24,000 bases of DNA, taken from Prochlorococcus marinus str. MIT 9211 (GTDB taxonomy: Bacteria > Cyanobacteriota > Cyanobacteriia > PCC-6307 > Cyanobiaceae). The notes under the pieces were generated by a model that had not been told where the DNA came from, ran no database searches, and saw nothing but the letters and a program-made list of their open reading frames with translations. Numbering within the stretch: the first letter of the stretch is position 1; each line of letters begins with the position of its first letter. Positions 20,212 through 24,000 of the stretch are shown piece after piece. The translations under genes and the position numbers were made by a program. The stretch is from positions 343,982 through 367,981 of the forward strand of contig NC_009976.1 in the NCBI RefSeq assembly GCF_000018585.1, read 5' to 3'.

Positions 20212-20673
20212 ATGAACACGGTTTGGCCTTTAAGTAGGAGTTTGTTAATGGAAATTCTAGTTGATCATATTAGCGATAGGTTTGTATGCATTCTAGTTTG
20301 GGAAAGACTGGGATATCAGGAAAAAAAAGATGTTCCAAATTTGTGGGTAGCTGGTTCAGACACTAGTATCTATTGGAGTGAGAAGTTTCCAGAAGCTCCA
20401 GAAGTCATTGCTCAGAGAGTTGGATCTGTTTATTTAACTCGTTCTATCCCAAAGGAGCACAAGCAGTCATTGAAAAAGATATTGGGCTTTGAAGGCTATC
20501 GTATTGATGAATTGTATCCAAGAAGGACAAGGAGAGCTACAGCGGTTAATTGGTTATTGTCATGGATCCTTTTACAAGGAATAGACCTTCCTGAACAAGG
20601 TCCATTGCCTGCTTTGCTATTGACTCCTGACAACCCTGCGAATGGCCATCCAGGTGATTTACCAATTACTTAA
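20212..20673 (+). CDS. DUF1823-like conserved cyanobacterial protein
   Basis: 153 aa; LVWERLGYQEKKDVPNLW...YPRRTRRATAVNWLLSWIL. Confidence 0.75.
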   Translation: MNTVWPLSRSLLMEILVDHISDRFVCILVWERLGYQEKKDVPNLWVAGSDTSIYWSEKFPEAPEVIAQRVGSVYLTRSIPKEHKQSLKKILGFEGYRIDELYPRRTRRATAVNWLLSWILLQGIDLPEQGPLPALLLTPDNPANGHPGDLPIT

Positions 20674-20813
20674 ATACACCTATGTATTTTTTCTAATCAA
20701 TTAATTATTGGCAAAGAGAGAAAATTCCATTTCTTTATCTGCGCTCATGAATTAAAGATGGTGAATTCATCTATTTTTAGTAATGTCAAGAACAATAGCT
20801 ATCAGATACAAGG

Positions 20814-22184
20814 ATGGGACGTCCAATTGTTGCCATAATTGGACGTCCAAATGTTGGTAAGTCTACTCTTGTCAATCGACTCTGTGGCAGTCGAGAGGCG
20901 ATAGTCGATGATCAGCCTGGAGTGACTCGAGACAGAACATATCAAGATGCTTTTTGGGCAGATAGAGAATTTAAAGTAGTAGATACTGGGGGACTTGTAT
21001 TTGACGATGAAAGTGAATTTTTACCAGAAATACGCCAACAAGCAAAGCTTGCTCTTTCAGAGGCTTCAGTAGCTCTGATTGTTGTTGACGGTCAAGAAGG
21101 AGTTACCACTGCAGATAAAGAGATAGCTTCATGGCTGAGACATTGTGAATGTCCGACTTTAGTAGCAGTAAACAAGTGTGAATCCCCTGAGCAGGGCCTT
21201 GCTATGGCAGCAGACTTTTGGAGCCTTGGACTTGGAGAGCCTTATCCAGTTTCTGCAATACATGGTTCAGGTACTGGAGAGCTGCTTGACCAAGTGATAT
21301 TGCTATTGCCATCTAAGGAGTCCAGCGAGGAAGAGGATGAACCTATTCAATTGGCAATTATTGGCAGGCCAAATGTAGGCAAATCAAGTCTATTGAATTC
21401 AATATGTGGCGAGACCAGGGCAATTGTTAGCTCTATTAGAGGTACTACGAGGGATACAATCGATACTCTTTTAAAAAGAGAACAGCAAGCTTGGAAGTTA
21501 ATTGATACAGCTGGTATTCGTAGACGACGCAGTGTGAGTTATGGTCCAGAGTATTTTGGAATTAATAGAAGTTTGAAAGCAATTGAAAGAAGTGATGTTT
21601 GCTTATTAGTTATAGATGCTTTAGATGGGGTGACAGAGCAGGATCAGAGACTCGCTGGCAGAATAGAACAAGAGGGAAAAGCCTGTTTAGTTGTAGTTAA
21701 TAAATGGGATGCAGTTGAGAAAGATACTTACACAATGCCACTTATGGAAAAGGAGTTACGTTCAAAGCTTTATTTTCTTGATTGGGCTGACATGTTGTTT
21801 ACTTCCGCCCTAACTGGTCAAAGGGTTCAATTGATTTTCAACTTGGCATCTTTAGCTGTAGAACAACATCGCAGAAGAGTTAGTACATCTGTCGTTAATG
21901 AAGTCCTCTCAGAGGCTTTAACTTGGAGGAGCCCACCAACAACTCGTGGTGGCAGGCAAGGTCGCCTTTATTACGGGACACAAGTCTCAACTCAGCCTCC
22001 AAGCTTTAGCCTTTTTGTTAACGAACCTAAGCTTTTTGGTGATTCATATAGAAGATACATCGAAAGACAACTGAGAGAAGGCCTTGGCTTTGAAGGCACT
22101 CCATTGAAGTTGTTTTGGAGAGGGAAGCAACAGCGTGCTGCACAAAAAGATTTAGCTCGCCAAAAAGAAAATTTATCTAAATAG
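20814..22184 (+). CDS. der: Ribosome-associated GTPase Der (EngA)
   Basis: 456 aa with two G domains ([17 protein letters not shown] and [17 protein letters not shown]) and a C-terminal KH-like region. Confidence 0.98.
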   Translation: MGRPIVAIIGRPNVGKSTLVNRLCGSREAIVDDQPGVTRDRTYQDAFWADREFKVVDTGGLVFDDESEFLPEIRQQAKLALSEASVALIVVDGQEGVTTADKEIASWLRHCECPTLVAVNKCESPEQGLAMAADFWSLGLGEPYPVSAIHGSGTGELLDQVILLLPSKESSEEEDEPIQLAIIGRPNVGKSSLLNSICGETRAIVSSIRGTTRDTIDTLLKREQQAWKLIDTAGIRRRRSVSYGPEYFGINRSLKAIERSDVCLLVIDALDGVTEQDQRLAGRIEQEGKACLVVVNKWDAVEKDTYTMPLMEKELRSKLYFLDWADMLFTSALTGQRVQLIFNLASLAVEQHRRRVSTSVVNEVLSEALTWRSPPTTRGGRQGRLYYGTQVSTQPPSFSLFVNEPKLFGDSYRRYIERQLREGLGFEGTPLKLFWRGKQQRAAQKDLARQKENLSK

Positions 22185-22187
22185 CCA

Positions 22188-23105
22188 ATGGATTTTTTGA
22201 AAAAATTACCTATTGGACAGTTTGTAGTTGGAGAAGCTGGTTGGGTGCGAAAAATTGATCCCAGGCTCAAATTTGCATGGGTCATGATGTTTTTAGTGAC
22301 ACCAGTTCTTGCTGGACCTCTATGGAGAATATATTTAGTTCTTATGTTGTTGGGGATTACTGTTTTTAGTTCGATCCCTGCACGAATTTGGTGGCGATCT
22401 CTGCTTTTTTTATTTATCTTCTCAATTACATTCGGACTGTTCGCGACCTTCCTACCAACAAGTGAACCAGCGATATCATTACCAGTTAGACCTCATGAAG
22501 AGCTCCCAGGCGCAGTCGTTTCTCTCCCTTCTTGGCATCTGTTCAGTGTTGGACCAATTTATTTGGGCAAGTTGAAACTTGGTCCACTGTTAGTTGATAG
22601 ACGCTCGCTTGATTTAGGTATAAAAACTTCCACCTTGATTTTCACTGTTATTCATAGTGTCAATCTCATGCTTTTAACTACTGCTCCAGAAGATTTGATG
22701 TGGTCCTTAAGTTGGTTCTTGAAACCCTTCCAAATATTTGGGCTGCCAATTAATCGATTGAGCTTTCAGCTTCTTTTAGCACTTAGATTTTTACCTTTAG
22801 TTCAAGAAGAGTTGCAAAACCTTTTAAGAGCTTTAGCTACACGAGCAATTAATTTTAGGCATCTTGGGTTTAAAGCTTCTTTAGGCGTCTTTTTATCTTT
22901 AGGCGAGCGCTTTTTAGCAAATATATTGTTAAGGGCAGAACAAGGGGCTGATGCGCTTTTAGTGCGGACAGGCGGCTTGATCGTGATGCCTCGTCAATTC
23001 AGGCCAGAAAGGATTCTCAAAACACAATCTGTTCTCATTAACAGTAGTTCTGCATTATGTTTGATTTGTGCCTTACTCCTGAGATTTAGATACGGTGAGT
23101 TCTAG
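22188..23105 (+). CDS. CbiQ/EcfT-family energy-coupling factor transmembrane protein
   Basis: 305 aa; KIDPRLKFAWVMMFL, QLLLALRFLPLVQEELQNLLRALATRAI (Ala-Arg-motif region), multiple helices. Confidence 0.85.
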   Translation: MDFLKKLPIGQFVVGEAGWVRKIDPRLKFAWVMMFLVTPVLAGPLWRIYLVLMLLGITVFSSIPARIWWRSLLFLFIFSITFGLFATFLPTSEPAISLPVRPHEELPGAVVSLPSWHLFSVGPIYLGKLKLGPLLVDRRSLDLGIKTSTLIFTVIHSVNLMLLTTAPEDLMWSLSWFLKPFQIFGLPINRLSFQLLLALRFLPLVQEELQNLLRALATRAINFRHLGFKASLGVFLSLGERFLANILLRAEQGADALLVRTGGLIVMPRQFRPERILKTQSVLINSSSALCLICALLLRFRYGEF

Positions 23106-23197
23106 TTAATGCAATTGTTTTTCTTATTCTATTATTAGGGTTCTGTATAAGTTAAGCTGCGAAGCACTATTCTAATTACCTATATACATTTCAGTAA

Positions 23198-23470
23198 TTG
23201 GGATCTAACGCAGAGAGATATCTAAATCATCCTACTTTTGGGATGCTTTATCTTGTTTCACCAGGACGCGAGGGTAGGGATGTATATGCAACTCTTTATG
23301 CTCAAAAAATGTTTTTCTTGGTCACTCTCCAAACCAGAGGTGCTCAATTTGAGGTAATTCCTTACATGGATGCTCGCCACCATGCCGAAATGCATTTAAA
23401 ACGATGTCAAAGAGATGGGTCTATAGAGTTAGAGAGATGGCAAGAACTATTTAAACAAACTTTTATTTAA
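23198..23470 (+). CDS. pipX: PipX, PII-interacting NtcA coactivator
   Basis: 90 aa; YLNHPTFGMLY...LYAQKMFFLVTLQTRGAQFEVIPYMDARHHAEMHLKRCQRDG...YKQTF-like KQTF end. Confidence 0.92.
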   Translation: MGSNAERYLNHPTFGMLYLVSPGREGRDVYATLYAQKMFFLVTLQTRGAQFEVIPYMDARHHAEMHLKRCQRDGSIELERWQELFKQTFI

Positions 23471-23477
23471 ATTTTGC

Positions 23478-24000
23478 GTGTCTTCTCCTAGTCGCTTGAG
23501 TCAATTTGCAGGTTTAAGCCAACTAGGTATTCATTTGCTGGCAGTTAGCAAAGGACAGCCAGCCAGTGAAATCCGATCACTTTTCATCGAGGGGCAAATT
23601 GACTTTGGTGAAAGTAGATTGCAAGAAGCTTTGACAAAGTTCGATGTACTTAATGACTTACAAGAAATTCGTTGGCATTTTATTGGCCGTCTTCAAGCAA
23701 ATAAAGTAAGGGGCGTAGTTAAGTCATTTGATGTTATACATTCTGTTGATTCAATAAAGTTGGCGAAAAGAATTTCAAGAATTGCTGGTGAGGAAAATAA
23801 AATGCCTCTAATTATGTTTCAGGTTAAGTTTAGAAAAGATGATAAAAAAACAGGTTTCGAGGTTGACGAGTTGTTAGAAGCATGGACCAAATTAATAACT
23901 TTGCCTAATGTCAGAATTTGCGGATTAATGACAATTCCACCTGCTGGTCTTGATCGTCATGGAACAAAGAATCTGTTTAAAGAGTGTAGAAATCTCGCCG
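23478..24000 (+). CDS. YggS/PLPBP-family pyridoxal phosphate homeostasis protein, truncated by window end
   Basis: Open frame from GTG at 23478: MSSPSRLSQFAGLSQLGIHLLAVSKGQPASEIRSLFIEGQIDFGESRLQEA...WHFIGRLQANK; still open at the window edge. Confidence 0.88.
   Translation, partial: MSSPSRLSQFAGLSQLGIHLLAVSKGQPASEIRSLFIEGQIDFGESRLQEALTKFDVLNDLQEIRWHFIGRLQANKVRGVVKSFDVIHSVDSIKLAKRISRIAGEENKMPLIMFQVKFRKDDKKTGFEVDELLEAWTKLITLPNVRICGLMTIPPAGLDRHGTKNLFKECRNLA

Overview
The window reads as a picocyanobacterial (Prochlorococcus-like) chromosome segment, assigned by gene content and AT-rich composition; no database was consulted. It opens inside an rRNA operon (tRNA-Ala(TGC), 23S, 5S). Next come mutM and psaE, a conserved hypothetical, a LysM protein, an aldehyde dehydrogenase and a TVP38/TMEM64-like membrane protein. 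From about 9.1 to 17.8 kb is an accessory-looking zone of small or lineage-restricted ORFs, partial duplicates and gene remnants. It ends at an intact tyrosine recombinase beside tRNA-Thr(GGT) and tRNA-Tyr(GTA). The conserved backbone then resumes: aroQ, miaE, cobI/cbiL, a DUF1823-like gene, der, a cbiQ/ecfT-like gene, pipX and a partial yggS. The main find is a perfect 281-bp direct repeat (14173-14453 = 17541-17821, offset 3368 bp). Each copy holds a complete tRNA-Thr, a spacer with AAAGTGGAC-type repeats, and the first 20 codons of the integrase. The left copy is followed by an 11-nt remnant of the tRNA-Tyr 3' end. This delimits a candidate ~3.4-kb tRNA-restoring integrative element, resembling the tycheposon class, probably inserted next to an older decayed relative. 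The second find is a 100-aa ORF (12409-12711, minus) whose C-terminus strongly resembles cytochrome b559 beta (PsbF), but with Asn at the position of the heme-ligating His. A third is a decapeptide-repeat protein fused to a DUF3721-like tail.
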